A stretch of DNA of 64,000 nt from positions 32,001 through 96,000 of the IMG/VR virus record IMGVR_UViG_3300046791_000499; one strand, given 5' to 3'. The translations under genes were made by a program, and so were the position numbers. This DNA comes from a virus. Below the pieces are notes generated by a model. That model did no database searches. It was not told the DNA's origin and was given only the letters and a program-made list of their open reading frames with translations. Below, one piece after another: positions 1-8,836 of the stretch (position 1 is its first letter; the number at the start of each line of letters is the position of its first letter).

Positions 1-51
1 ATTCAGCGGGATGACGGATGATGCTGACGGCCATGCGCCCGAGGTCCTACA

Positions 52-456
52 TTGATGGCCGCCCGGGTTTCCATGGCAGGCTCCGAAGAACTGACGCTGT
101 TCGATCGGCTGCTCTACGAAGTGCTGCCGGCGCTCTTGCATGAGCACGTGTGCCGGAAACAGGCGCTCTCGCTGCAGACCCTCCTCATCGACAAGCGAGC
201 AGAGGCCGAGGAGATCATCGACGAACTCGACAACTGCGCAGAGGCGGCGTGCGACTTCATCCTCACCAGCGACGGTGAGATCGACGAAGCCGCGGCCGAG
301 CAAGCCGAGCGGGTGGGAACGATGGCACGCCATCTCGCGCAGCATCTCGCTCGCCTCGAGTTGGCGCCGAAGTCCGCCTATCGGCACCTTGCCCGAGCTG
401 CTCAGATCGCAGCCGGCTTCGCCCGATACGCGGATGACAGCGGGGTCCTGCATTGA
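52..456 (+). CDS. hypothetical helical protein (start uncertain)
   Basis: ORF with GC-rich codon bias; its stop overlaps the start of the next ORF (TTGA). Confidence 0.55.
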   Translation: MMAARVSMAGSEELTLFDRLLYEVLPALLHEHVCRKQALSLQTLLIDKRAEAEEIIDELDNCAEAACDFILTSDGEIDEAAAEQAERVGTMARHLAQHLARLELAPKSAYRHLARAAQIAAGFARYADDSGVLH

Positions 457-818
457 CCGCCGGGGATACCGTCCCGTCCCGACTGGACGTGTTCGCCGAT
501 GGTCTCCACTTCGTCGTGGCGTGGGATGACGAAGGGTACCCTGGGCTCCGTCTGGGCGAACGCTGGAAGCGCGGCGTTGACCACACGGCAGCCTCCGAAG
601 CTGCTCGCGAGCTGAATATCCACGTCTTCCATGCACGCGGCACCCTGCGCTTCGGCACCATCTCTGACGCGCGCAAGGCCCTGCGAGCTGCCCGTGCGGC
701 CATCCGAGCATTGAAGCCGGCCAAGCCTCCGCGGCGGAAGAAGACGCCTGCCTGGCCATCGTGGGCGATCCAGGCGAAGTCCGCGGGATGGAAGCCGCCG
801 AAGGGATGGAGGCCATGA
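453..818 (+). CDS. hypothetical phage protein
   Basis: Coupled to neighbours by 4-nt overlaps; basic C-terminus ending WAIQAKSAGWKPPKGWRP. Confidence 0.6.
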   Translation: MTAGDTVPSRLDVFADGLHFVVAWDDEGYPGLRLGERWKRGVDHTAASEAARELNIHVFHARGTLRFGTISDARKALRAARAAIRALKPAKPPRRKKTPAWPSWAIQAKSAGWKPPKGWRP

Positions 819-1351
819 GTCTCGACTTGTTCGCCGGCCTCCATCGCGGGGCGGCGGCCGACACGGATGGCCGTGCCGTCTTCTCTCCGTGCGGCCTCTA
901 CCGCTACGAGATCGAGCGCCACTACCCGACTGGCACCCGCACCGCCATGGGCATGATGCTCAATCCCAGCTACGCCGACGCCAAGAAGAACGACCCAACC
1001 ATGGGCAAGGTCGCGGGCTTCTCGTCGCGCCTCGACATCTGCCGCTGGATCCAGACCAACCTCTCCGCCTTCATCTCGACCGACGCGAATGGCCTGCGCG
1101 CTGCGGCCGACCCGATCGGGCCCAAGAACGACCAGCACATTGTCGGGGCTGCGCTCGAGGCCGACATCATCGTGGTCGGATGGGGCGGCAGCGTCACCAA
1201 CCTGCCCGACTACAAGGCCAGGATCGAACGCGTGCTCGTGCTGCTGCGATCGACCGGCAAGCCGATCCTGTGCTGGGGCAGGACCGCCGCCGGGCACCCT
1301 CGCCACCCCTTGATGCTGCGATACTCGACCCCGTTGGAGGCGTTCACGTGA
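815..1351 (+). CDS. DUF1643 family protein
   Basis: Motifs SPCGLYRY, MLNPSYAD..NDPT, NL, VVGWG, PRHPL; ATGA overlap with the upstream gene. Confidence 0.85.
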   Translation: MSLDLFAGLHRGAAADTDGRAVFSPCGLYRYEIERHYPTGTRTAMGMMLNPSYADAKKNDPTMGKVAGFSSRLDICRWIQTNLSAFISTDANGLRAAADPIGPKNDQHIVGAALEADIIVVGWGGSVTNLPDYKARIERVLVLLRSTGKPILCWGRTAAGHPRHPLMLRYSTPLEAFT

Positions 1352-2385
1352 GCAGCCTGATCAACACGGCCGTCATGATGAGCGGTGCATGCGGCACCAG
1401 CATCGGCGCTGCCCAAGGTGGCGCGCGGATCGTTTGGGCAGCCAATCACATGCCCCGGTGCATGGAGATGCACGAGGACAACTTCCCGTTCCCCGACTGC
1501 GAGAACGTCTGCCAGGATCTTCACCTGTTCAACCACGCGAAGATGCCCTTGCATGACCTGCTCCTGGCCTCGCCGGTGTGCCGAGTGAACTCGCCAGCAT
1601 CCCGGCCTGCTCGAGCGAAGGCGGCCGAGTCGGCGAAGGCCAAGGATCCAGCCAAGCGCCGGCAAGGTGCACCGCTGGCCTCCTCGCACAACTCCATGGG
1701 AGCGCTCCCGTGGGCGGTCATGGACGCGCTCGAGGTCAACCGGCCGAGGTACTTCGTGATCGAGAACGTGTGGGAGTGGGCCTCGGAGTGGCCGCTCTAT
1801 GATCTGTTCCTCCGCATGCTCCGACGGCTGGGCTACAAGATCACGCAGCAAGTGCTCGACGCCGCTGACTTTGGCCTCGGCGATGGGCGATCGGTTCCGC
1901 AACACCGCGAGCGCCTGTTCGTGATCGGCACGCTCGCTCGCAAGCCGATCCGGGTTCGAGCCCCGAAGCGCCCGGCAGCGTGGAAGCCCACGCCGATCCT
2001 GAACTTCATCGACTGGGACGACGGCGAGTGGATGCCGTTCTCGCAGGCCGGCGGCGACAAGTTCCGTGAGCAGCTCAGGCGTGCGCATCGCGAGTTCAAG
2101 GGCGGTCCAGCGTTCGTCAACACCGTCGAGCACCGCCCGATCTACGACGCCACGACCGAGCCGCTGCGCACGATGACGACGCAGGACCAGTACCGCTGGG
2201 TCCGCCGAGGGCGATTCAAGTACCCGACGGCCCGCGAGGGCTTCAACCTCATGGGGTTCCCGCGCAGCTTCAAGATCCCCCCGAACATCGAGCGCCACCG
2301 CACGATCGCGTGGGCGATGGCGGGTGACGCCGTGAGCCCGCCGGTGATGCGTGTGATCGTCGAGACCATCCGAGATTCCGAGTAG
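1348..2385 (+). CDS. DNA (cytosine-5) methyltransferase
   Basis: Motif I-like MMSGACG, catalytic ASPVC, motif VI IENV, motif VIII PQHRERLF, motif X AGDAVSPP; GTG start overlapping the upstream stop. Confidence 0.85.
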   Translation: MSSLINTAVMMSGACGTSIGAAQGGARIVWAANHMPRCMEMHEDNFPFPDCENVCQDLHLFNHAKMPLHDLLLASPVCRVNSPASRPARAKAAESAKAKDPAKRRQGAPLASSHNSMGALPWAVMDALEVNRPRYFVIENVWEWASEWPLYDLFLRMLRRLGYKITQQVLDAADFGLGDGRSVPQHRERLFVIGTLARKPIRVRAPKRPAAWKPTPILNFIDWDDGEWMPFSQAGGDKFREQLRRAHREFKGGPAFVNTVEHRPIYDATTEPLRTMTTQDQYRWVRRGRFKYPTAREGFNLMGFPRSFKIPPNIERHRTIAWAMAGDAVSPPVMRVIVETIRDSE

Positions 2386-2394
2386 GAGAGCAGC

Positions 2395-3711
2395 ATGAGC
2401 ACAACCATCGAATGGACAGACCGCTGCGACAACCCGATGACGGGGTGCTCGAAGAAATCAGAGGGCTGCGAGCATTGCTACGCGATCAGTGTCGCCGGCC
2501 GGCAGATGTCACCGCAACATGTCGGTCTCGTCAAAAAGCTACAGGTCATCGACAAGAACGGCGAGCCCGTCCTCGACGGGCGTGGCCGCCCGAAAATGCG
2601 CAAGCAGAACTGGACCGGTGAGATCCGCCAGGTGCCGCGAGTACTTGCGAAGCGGATACCGCGACGGAAGGATCGGCGCACTCGGGTATTCGTGAACTCG
2701 ATGTCGGACTGGTTCCACGAGAACCTGATCCGCACCGAGACCGGCCGGCGATACGTCGCGCTCTGCTTCGCCTGGATGCTCGACCAGCCGCACGTCGACT
2801 TCCAACTGCTGACCAAGCGACCCGAGGGCTTGAAGGATTGGATCGTGTGGCTGTTCGCCCAAGCGCGCGACCTGGCGACCGTCTATCGGAGGCACAGCAG
2901 CGGGCCAACCCTGGGTCCCATCGGCGATGTACTCGTTGACGTCATGTGGTGGTCAGACGTGCCCGAGCTGCGCGAGGTAGCCCGTCGCTGGCTCGAGGGC
3001 GAAGCACCCGTAGCGATCATCGACTCGAAGAGGCAGGTCACATGGCCGCCCAAGCACGTGTTCTTCGGAGCAACCTGCGAGAACCAGCAGCGCGCCGACG
3101 AGCGGATGCCGATCATGGAGGCCCTGCGCGTCGTTGGTGGTGTTGGCCGCGTGTTCGTGAGCCAGGAGCCCGCGCTCGGACCCGTCGACTACTCCCGATG
3201 GCTCGATCGCATCGACCATTGCCGATCCTGTGGAGCCGAGCACGAAGCGCAAGAGGAAGACGTATGTCCTGAGTGCAAGCAACCAGGCACGCTGGTCAGC
3301 ACATGGGGTGAGACCCAGGCCGAGCGCCTGCGCAACGGCCAGCGATACGAGAACGGTGGTCCTCACCCTGGCGAGGATGGTCCGCCGATCGACTGGCTGA
3401 TCTATGGAGGCGAGTCGGGCTCCGGCGCAAGGCCATCTCATCCGGGATGGGCACGGCTCGCTCGAGATCAAGCCGTCGCAGCGGGTGTGCCATTCCTGTT
3501 CAAGCAGTGGGGCGAGTGGGCCGAAGTCGCGAGTGATGACGCATCGTGGACGCGCATGGTCAGCCTCTCTGGAAAGGTCTACGCGCGCGGTGACGAGATG
3601 CCGATCGGTGATGTCGCTTCGATGGGCTTCATGCGGAAGTTCGGCAAGGGCAAGACCGGCCGCGAACTCGACGGTCGAACCTGGGACGAATTCCCCGAGG
3701 TAAAAGCATGA
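2395..3711 (+). CDS. DUF5131 / phage Gp37Gp68 family (radical-SAM-like) protein with an inserted Zn ribbon
   Basis: TIEWTD..NPMTGCSKKSEGCEHCYA, FVNSMSDWFH, LLTKRP, GGESG..ARP, FLFKQWGEW, GRELDGRTWDEFP; RBS GGAG upstream. Confidence 0.9.
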   Translation: MSTTIEWTDRCDNPMTGCSKKSEGCEHCYAISVAGRQMSPQHVGLVKKLQVIDKNGEPVLDGRGRPKMRKQNWTGEIRQVPRVLAKRIPRRKDRRTRVFVNSMSDWFHENLIRTETGRRYVALCFAWMLDQPHVDFQLLTKRPEGLKDWIVWLFAQARDLATVYRRHSSGPTLGPIGDVLVDVMWWSDVPELREVARRWLEGEAPVAIIDSKRQVTWPPKHVFFGATCENQQRADERMPIMEALRVVGGVGRVFVSQEPALGPVDYSRWLDRIDHCRSCGAEHEAQEEDVCPECKQPGTLVSTWGETQAERLRNGQRYENGGPHPGEDGPPIDWLIYGGESGSGARPSHPGWARLARDQAVAAGVPFLFKQWGEWAEVASDDASWTRMVSLSGKVYARGDEMPIGDVASMGFMRKFGKGKTGRELDGRTWDEFPEVKA

Positions 3712-3938
3712 GCGAACGACAAGACGACCCCATCCATCCCGCCCACTACGGCGGCCACGACAACCTCTACGAAGCGATCAAAGTGATCGAAGCGTGGGAC
3801 CTCGGCTTCTCGCTCGGCAACGCGGTGAAGTACATCTCGCGCGCCGGCAAGAAGCCCGGCGAAGATGAAGCCAGGGATCTTCGCAAGGCTGTCTGGTATC
3901 TCGAACGACGCATCCTCCAAATCGAAGGCCCGAAATGA
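3708..3938 (+). CDS. DUF3310 family protein
   Basis: HPAHYGG..EAIKVIE..GNAVKYISRAGKK..DLRKAVWYL. Confidence 0.9.
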   Translation: MSERQDDPIHPAHYGGHDNLYEAIKVIEAWDLGFSLGNAVKYISRAGKKPGEDEARDLRKAVWYLERRILQIEGPK

Positions 3939-4843
3939 ATCGCCAACTAGCCAAGATCATCCTCGACTCGATCAGCCCCGCGCTCGTACGTCTGACCACG
4001 TTGGAGGTTCAGATCCCACGGATCGTGCTCGCCGAGTGGAATACTCACCGCGTGCTCAGCCGCAACAGCGCGAGCAGCCGCGCCATCCCGATCGAGAAGA
4101 TGATCGCCCGCGTGCGCGAGGACCCCTACATCCCCGAGGAGTGGGGGCGAAACGGCCGAGGCATGCAGGCCCACGGGGTGCTCGACGCCAACGCGGCCGG
4201 TGCGAGCTTGGGGGAGTGGCTGCTCGCCCGCGATCAGATGGTCGAGCGAGCCGAGGCGATGTTGAAGCACGGCGGCCACAAGCAGATCATCAACCGGCTG
4301 CTCGAGCCGTTCGCGTGGCACACGATCATCGTGACCGCCACCGAGTGGGACAACTTCGATCACCTTCGCCGCAACGCGGCCGCTCATCCTGCGATCCAAG
4401 CTGTGGCCGCGGCGATGTACGCCGAGATGCAGGCGAGCACACCGGGGCTTTTGCGCGAATGGGAATGGCACACGCCGTACATCGACCCCGAGCGCGATGC
4501 GGGCATGTCCGACGTGGAGCGCATCCGGGTCTCGTGTGCTCGGTGCGCTCGGGTCAGCTACCTGACGCACGACGGGCTCCGCGACGTTGGTGCCGACCTC
4601 GACCTCTATTGGAAGTTGCTCGACCCCGGACACATGAGCCCGTTCGAGCATGCCGCCCGCCCGCTGACGCAGCAGGATGTGGCCAATCGCCTGCTCTCGT
4701 ACTCGGGCGTGAAGGACATCGACGCGTCCGAGATCGACGTGACCCAGCACTTCGCGGGCAACTTCCGCGGCTGGCACCAGCACCGTAAGGACATCCCGGG
4801 CGAGGCCGACATCATCGGGTATCGGCAGGCGGCGGGCTCTTGA
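3935..4843 (+). CDS. thyX: FAD-dependent thymidylate synthase (phage ThyX-like)
   Basis: ThyX-like motif THRVLSRNSASSRAIP, HKQIINRLLEPF, ARCARVSY, HMSPFEH. Confidence 0.85.
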   Translation: MNRQLAKIILDSISPALVRLTTLEVQIPRIVLAEWNTHRVLSRNSASSRAIPIEKMIARVREDPYIPEEWGRNGRGMQAHGVLDANAAGASLGEWLLARDQMVERAEAMLKHGGHKQIINRLLEPFAWHTIIVTATEWDNFDHLRRNAAAHPAIQAVAAAMYAEMQASTPGLLREWEWHTPYIDPERDAGMSDVERIRVSCARCARVSYLTHDGLRDVGADLDLYWKLLDPGHMSPFEHAARPLTQQDVANRLLSYSGVKDIDASEIDVTQHFAGNFRGWHQHRKDIPGEADIIGYRQAAGS

Positions 4844-5646
4844 TCGTCGGCACCGTCCAGCGGTGGAAGGATCAGCGCGGCAGCTACCGCCCAGCCGGCG
4901 AGCCGATCAACACCCGGGCGTTCGAGGTCTGTGCGATCGACACGGACAACGAGGCCAAGGCGTTCGTCCAGCGGCACCACTACAGCGGGAGCTATCCGGC
5001 TGCACGCGAACGGTTCGGGCTCTACGGCCGCGGTGGACTGGTCGGCGTGGCTGTGTTCTCGGTGCCGGCCAACCCGCGTGCCCTCGACCCAGCACCAGGG
5101 GACAACGACAGCCGCGTCGAACTCGGGCGCTTCGTCCTGCTCGACGACGTCGCGGCGAACGGCGAGTCCTGGTTCCTGGCCCGATGCATGGAGCAGCTCC
5201 GGCTTGCGGGCTACACCGGGCTCGTCAGCTTCTCGGACCCCGTGCCGCGTGTTGCTGCGAACGGCGAGGTCGTGTTCTGCGGTCACCTGGGGACCATCTA
5301 CCAGGCCACCAACGGCATCTACCTGGGTCGGAGCAAGGCCGGCAAGCCTCGGGTGTTGCCGGATGGCTCGGTGTTCCACGCCCGCGCGATCGCCAAGATC
5401 CGCAAGCGAGACCAGGGCTGGCGGTACGCGGCTCGCCTGCTCGAGCAGCACGGTGCCGAACTGCTCACGGACGATGAGGATCCCGTGGCGTGGCTCGAGC
5501 GGTGGCTGCCCGCGCTCACCCGCCGGATGACCCACGGCGGGAATCTCAAGTACGCGTGGGACCTGCAGCGACGCGGGACCAAGCGCCGGCTGCCCGCATC
5601 CCTACCGTACCCGAAGATCACCCAGGGCGGTTTGTTGGCCGCGTAG
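4840..5646 (+). CDS. Mom-family (GNAT-fold) adenine-modification enzyme
   Basis: FVQRHHYSGS, ELGRFVLLD, NGESWFLA, VSFSDP, GHLGTIYQATN are characteristic of Mu Mom homologues. Confidence 0.8.
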   Translation: MIVGTVQRWKDQRGSYRPAGEPINTRAFEVCAIDTDNEAKAFVQRHHYSGSYPAARERFGLYGRGGLVGVAVFSVPANPRALDPAPGDNDSRVELGRFVLLDDVAANGESWFLARCMEQLRLAGYTGLVSFSDPVPRVAANGEVVFCGHLGTIYQATNGIYLGRSKAGKPRVLPDGSVFHARAIAKIRKRDQGWRYAARLLEQHGAELLTDDEDPVAWLERWLPALTRRMTHGGNLKYAWDLQRRGTKRRLPASLPYPKITQGGLLAA

Positions 5647-5690
5647 CGAGGCCGGAGGAATGACCCGAGCGACACATAGGTAGCCAGGCC

Positions 5691-6656
5691 GTGGACGAGC
5701 CGACAACGATCAAGCCGCTCAAGGTCAAGCCCGATCTCTCCGATCCCGAGATCCGAGAGTTCTGGAAAGCCGTGTTCCTCTCGTCGTGGGAGATGCCGAA
5801 CAGCGGGTACGGCACCTCGGTGAGCGTGGCCGATGACGCCGTCCGCGACCTGGTCGCGCGCGTGCAGCCACCGTCGAACGGGTTCCGCGAGATCGTCGAG
5901 CGGCCATCGACCACACGGCCACAGGGCTCGCCGGGCTGGGACGCACGGGCGCCGGAGGATGACGACTTCGAGCAGGCCGCCGCGCGCTTCGCTGCCGACC
6001 TCGCAACGTATCGAGGCGCGCTGGGTCGCGATGCGGTTCGCTCGCTCGCCCTGCCCGGGTGGGAGCACTTCGGCCTGCAGCTCGACTGGCTCGACACGAT
6101 GTTCGGGAAGCCTGAGCAGATGGCCGATCTCAGGGCGATGGCGCGCGAACTCGCCACCGCATCCGTGCTTGCCGATCTCGAATCCCTGCCCACGCTCATC
6201 GCCGAAATGTTCAGGTTACAAGGCAAGAGGCTGCTGGCCGCACATCGAATGGCCAGCCCCGAGCAGACGTCCTCACCCGAGCAAGCGCCCGAGATCAACG
6301 CCGAACCAACGCCAATCGAACCACTGCTCGTCACCTTCAACGTCGACCCGGATCGCTCCAAGCCTGGTCCGATCGATCCGGCCAAGCACCCAGACCACCA
6401 ACGGGTCTCGCTCGCCACCGCGCCAGCAAACGGCATGGTGAAGATCGGGAGGCTCCGCACGAGCCACATCCTGTTCGCCAATGAGTTCGTCGCTCGCATG
6501 CACGCCATGATCGAGCTGAGTTCCGAAGGCTGGCACCTGATCGATCTTGGGACAGAACGCACCACCGTCAACGGCATTGAGGTCACCCGCAACGCGCTTG
6601 TGAAGGTCGGCGACGTTCTCGGCTTCGGACCGTGCACGCTGACGCTCGACCCCTGA
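5691..6656 (+). CDS. chimeric protein: tape-measure C-terminal motif plus degenerate C-terminal FHA domain
   Basis: FHA-like VKIGR..H..VARMHAMIE..LIDLG..TVNG..VGDVLGFG; internal 26-aa segment 20/26 identical to the TMP C-terminus. Confidence 0.7.
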   Translation: MDEPTTIKPLKVKPDLSDPEIREFWKAVFLSSWEMPNSGYGTSVSVADDAVRDLVARVQPPSNGFREIVERPSTTRPQGSPGWDARAPEDDDFEQAAARFAADLATYRGALGRDAVRSLALPGWEHFGLQLDWLDTMFGKPEQMADLRAMARELATASVLADLESLPTLIAEMFRLQGKRLLAAHRMASPEQTSSPEQAPEINAEPTPIEPLLVTFNVDPDRSKPGPIDPAKHPDHQRVSLATAPANGMVKIGRLRTSHILFANEFVARMHAMIELSSEGWHLIDLGTERTTVNGIEVTRNALVKVGDVLGFGPCTLTLDP

Positions 6657-6660
6657 AACC

Positions 6661-6939
6661 ATGCCGACCGGGACACCATTCACGATGAAGTGCCCAGCCT
6701 GCCGGCGCGGCGCGTTCGGGCATGCATCGCCGGACCTCGGCGTGCGCAAGACCGGCCGTGTCGAGAAGCAGGTCACGCGATCGAAGCACCGCGGCACGGG
6801 TGGCGGTGGATGCTCGTTCCGAGGACACCGCGGCGAGGTCGAATGCCTGGACTGCGGGCACCGCTGGTACTCGACGCACCCCGACAGCGGGCGAGTGTCT
6901 GCCTCCAAAATCAACCTGGATGGCACGCCGTGCTCGTGA
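6661..6939 (+). CDS. small Zn-ribbon protein
   Basis: CPAC ... CLDCGHRWYS. Confidence 0.55.
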   Translation: MPTGTPFTMKCPACRRGAFGHASPDLGVRKTGRVEKQVTRSKHRGTGGGGCSFRGHRGEVECLDCGHRWYSTHPDSGRVSASKINLDGTPCS

Positions 6940-7238
6940 AGATCGGCAGGCGCAACGTCGACGTGCTCGACTCCGGCTGCGCGAAGCGTGAGTGTTTTGC
7001 GCTCGGGTTCGACAAGGGGTCCTTCTCAGTCGGCCGCGGCTACACCAGCTATCACACCGACGCGAAGGGCCGCCGGGTCGAGAAGCCCGTGTGCGGCACG
7101 AGGCACTACCGCGGGTGCCCGAGCAACAGCGTGTGCTCGGTGTGCCGCGCTGCGAGCGTCGAGCAACCAGGCGGCGACTGCCGTTACAAGAGCTGCGCGG
7201 GCAAACTCGTCGAACGCACGATCGTAGGGACACCATGA
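6936..7238 (+). CDS. Cys-rich hypothetical protein
   Basis: GTG start overlapping the upstream stop; multiple Cys pairs; ATGA overlap with the next gene. Confidence 0.5.
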   Translation: MKIGRRNVDVLDSGCAKRECFALGFDKGSFSVGRGYTSYHTDAKGRRVEKPVCGTRHYRGCPSNSVCSVCRAASVEQPGGDCRYKSCAGKLVERTIVGTP

Positions 7239-8002
7239 TCACTCGCCTCCGCATTACCGACCCCAAGCGCACGCCATGCGAATGGTGGCCAACCGTCGCA
7301 ACGCTGACCCCGCTCGAGCAGATCGAGTTCTCGCCGGGGTTGACCGTCATTTGGGGGCCGAATGGCTGCGGCAAGTCGACGATCTTGCGCGCGCTCGCTC
7401 GGCTGACGCACTGCGAACAGGCTGGCGTTCCCACCGTGACGGGGGACTCTCTCCGTGCGTTGAAGGGGTGCACCGGCGTCGAGATCGAGACCGACGGCAA
7501 GCCGGTGCACTTCTTCGATCCGGGGATGCGTGCTGGGCTCGTAGGCGGAATGGCCGGTTTCGATTACGACTTCTTCGATCTGTCTCTGCAGAGCATGGCC
7601 AGGGACAGGGTGTCGTCGGGGCAGAGTTCAACGGCCGAGTTCAATCGGATCCTGGCGTCGGCGGCCAAGACCTCGACGGTCGCCAGCAAGATCGGAAGCC
7701 AAGTACCACCGCCCGAATTCGTGCGAGGGCTGCAGCCAACGCCGGGGATCGACGCGGGCCTGCCTACGCTGCTGTTCGACGAGCCCGATCGGTCGCTGTC
7801 GATCACGAAAGCGGCCGACCTGTGGCACCTGCTGGCGCAGCAAAAGAAGTTCCAGATCATTGCGGCGTCCCACTCGATCAGCGCGCTCGGGCTTGGCCCT
7901 GCCGTGATGTACATCGACCTGGTGACAGGGTACCTCGCCGAGTGCATCGAAGAGGTTCGGCTTGTCGGCGGGCGGCTGAGCGCGGAGTCGAACACCCGAT
8001 GA
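7235..8002 (+). CDS. ABC-type/AAA_21-like ATPase
   Basis: Walker A GPNGCGKST, signature SSGQ, Walker B LLFDEPD, H-loop IAASHS. Confidence 0.8.
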   Translation: MITRLRITDPKRTPCEWWPTVATLTPLEQIEFSPGLTVIWGPNGCGKSTILRALARLTHCEQAGVPTVTGDSLRALKGCTGVEIETDGKPVHFFDPGMRAGLVGGMAGFDYDFFDLSLQSMARDRVSSGQSSTAEFNRILASAAKTSTVASKIGSQVPPPEFVRGLQPTPGIDAGLPTLLFDEPDRSLSITKAADLWHLLAQQKKFQIIAASHSISALGLGPAVMYIDLVTGYLAECIEEVRLVGGRLSAESNTR

Positions 8003-8601
8003 TCCTCACCGAACCATCGAAGCACCAGATCGTCTACATCGATTGCCCGTGGCCGCGCACGCCGTGCGGCACCGCCAAGACCCCGTACAACACGATGACG
8101 TGGGCCGAGTTACGCGCGTTCGATCTCGGCGCGTGGCTGGCCGACGATGCCCTCGTGTTCGCCTGGGTGACCGGACCGACGCACTTGAAGGAGTGCGCCG
8201 TGCTCTCGCATTGGTGCGAGCAGTTCGGCTTGTACGAGGCAGGCGTGCCATACATCTGGGTCAAGACACGCAAGGACGGCGTCACCCCGATCGGCGCGAG
8301 CGGCCCCCGGCCGAAGCTGGTCAAGCAACTCGGCGAGTTCGTGATCGCGTTGACCACCCGCAAGCGTGGTCGCGTGTTCCCGCTGTTGACCGAGGCGCAG
8401 GTCCAGTGGGTGGAAGACGGCACGATGCCCACCGAGGAGGTCTATGCACCGAAGCCGCCGCGTGGGTCGCATTCGCGCAAGCCGGCGATCGTACGCGACA
8501 AGATCGTCGAACTGGTCGGAGACCGATCGCGTGTCGAGATCTTCGCGCGCGATGAGCATCCCGGATGGAACGCCATGGGGGATGAGCTGATCGCAGCGTG
8601 A
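7999..8601 (+). CDS. MT-A70 family adenine methyltransferase
   Basis: IVYIDCPW (variant of DPPW), YNTMT, VFAWVT, IWVK, HSRKP, EIFAR..GWNAMGDE. Confidence 0.8.
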   Translation: MILTEPSKHQIVYIDCPWPRTPCGTAKTPYNTMTWAELRAFDLGAWLADDALVFAWVTGPTHLKECAVLSHWCEQFGLYEAGVPYIWVKTRKDGVTPIGASGPRPKLVKQLGEFVIALTTRKRGRVFPLLTEAQVQWVEDGTMPTEEVYAPKPPRGSHSRKPAIVRDKIVELVGDRSRVEIFARDEHPGWNAMGDELIAA

Positions 8602-8836
8602 CGCCGCAACGGCGAACGCGTAGACTTCTCGCATGGGGCTCGGCTGCTCGTTCTCAGTTCTGGTGTCGCACGACCACGGAGGTTGGCCACACCGGCATTG
8701 GGAGCGCAGCGACGGCACGCTGTCTCGAGCATTCGGTGTGAGCCGCCAGCCCCCTGTTGATCTGCGACCAGGCCAACGCGTTCTCCGAATCGTCCCGGCC
8801 AGCCCGCCGAATCACAGCAGCCGGCCGGTGGCCTGA

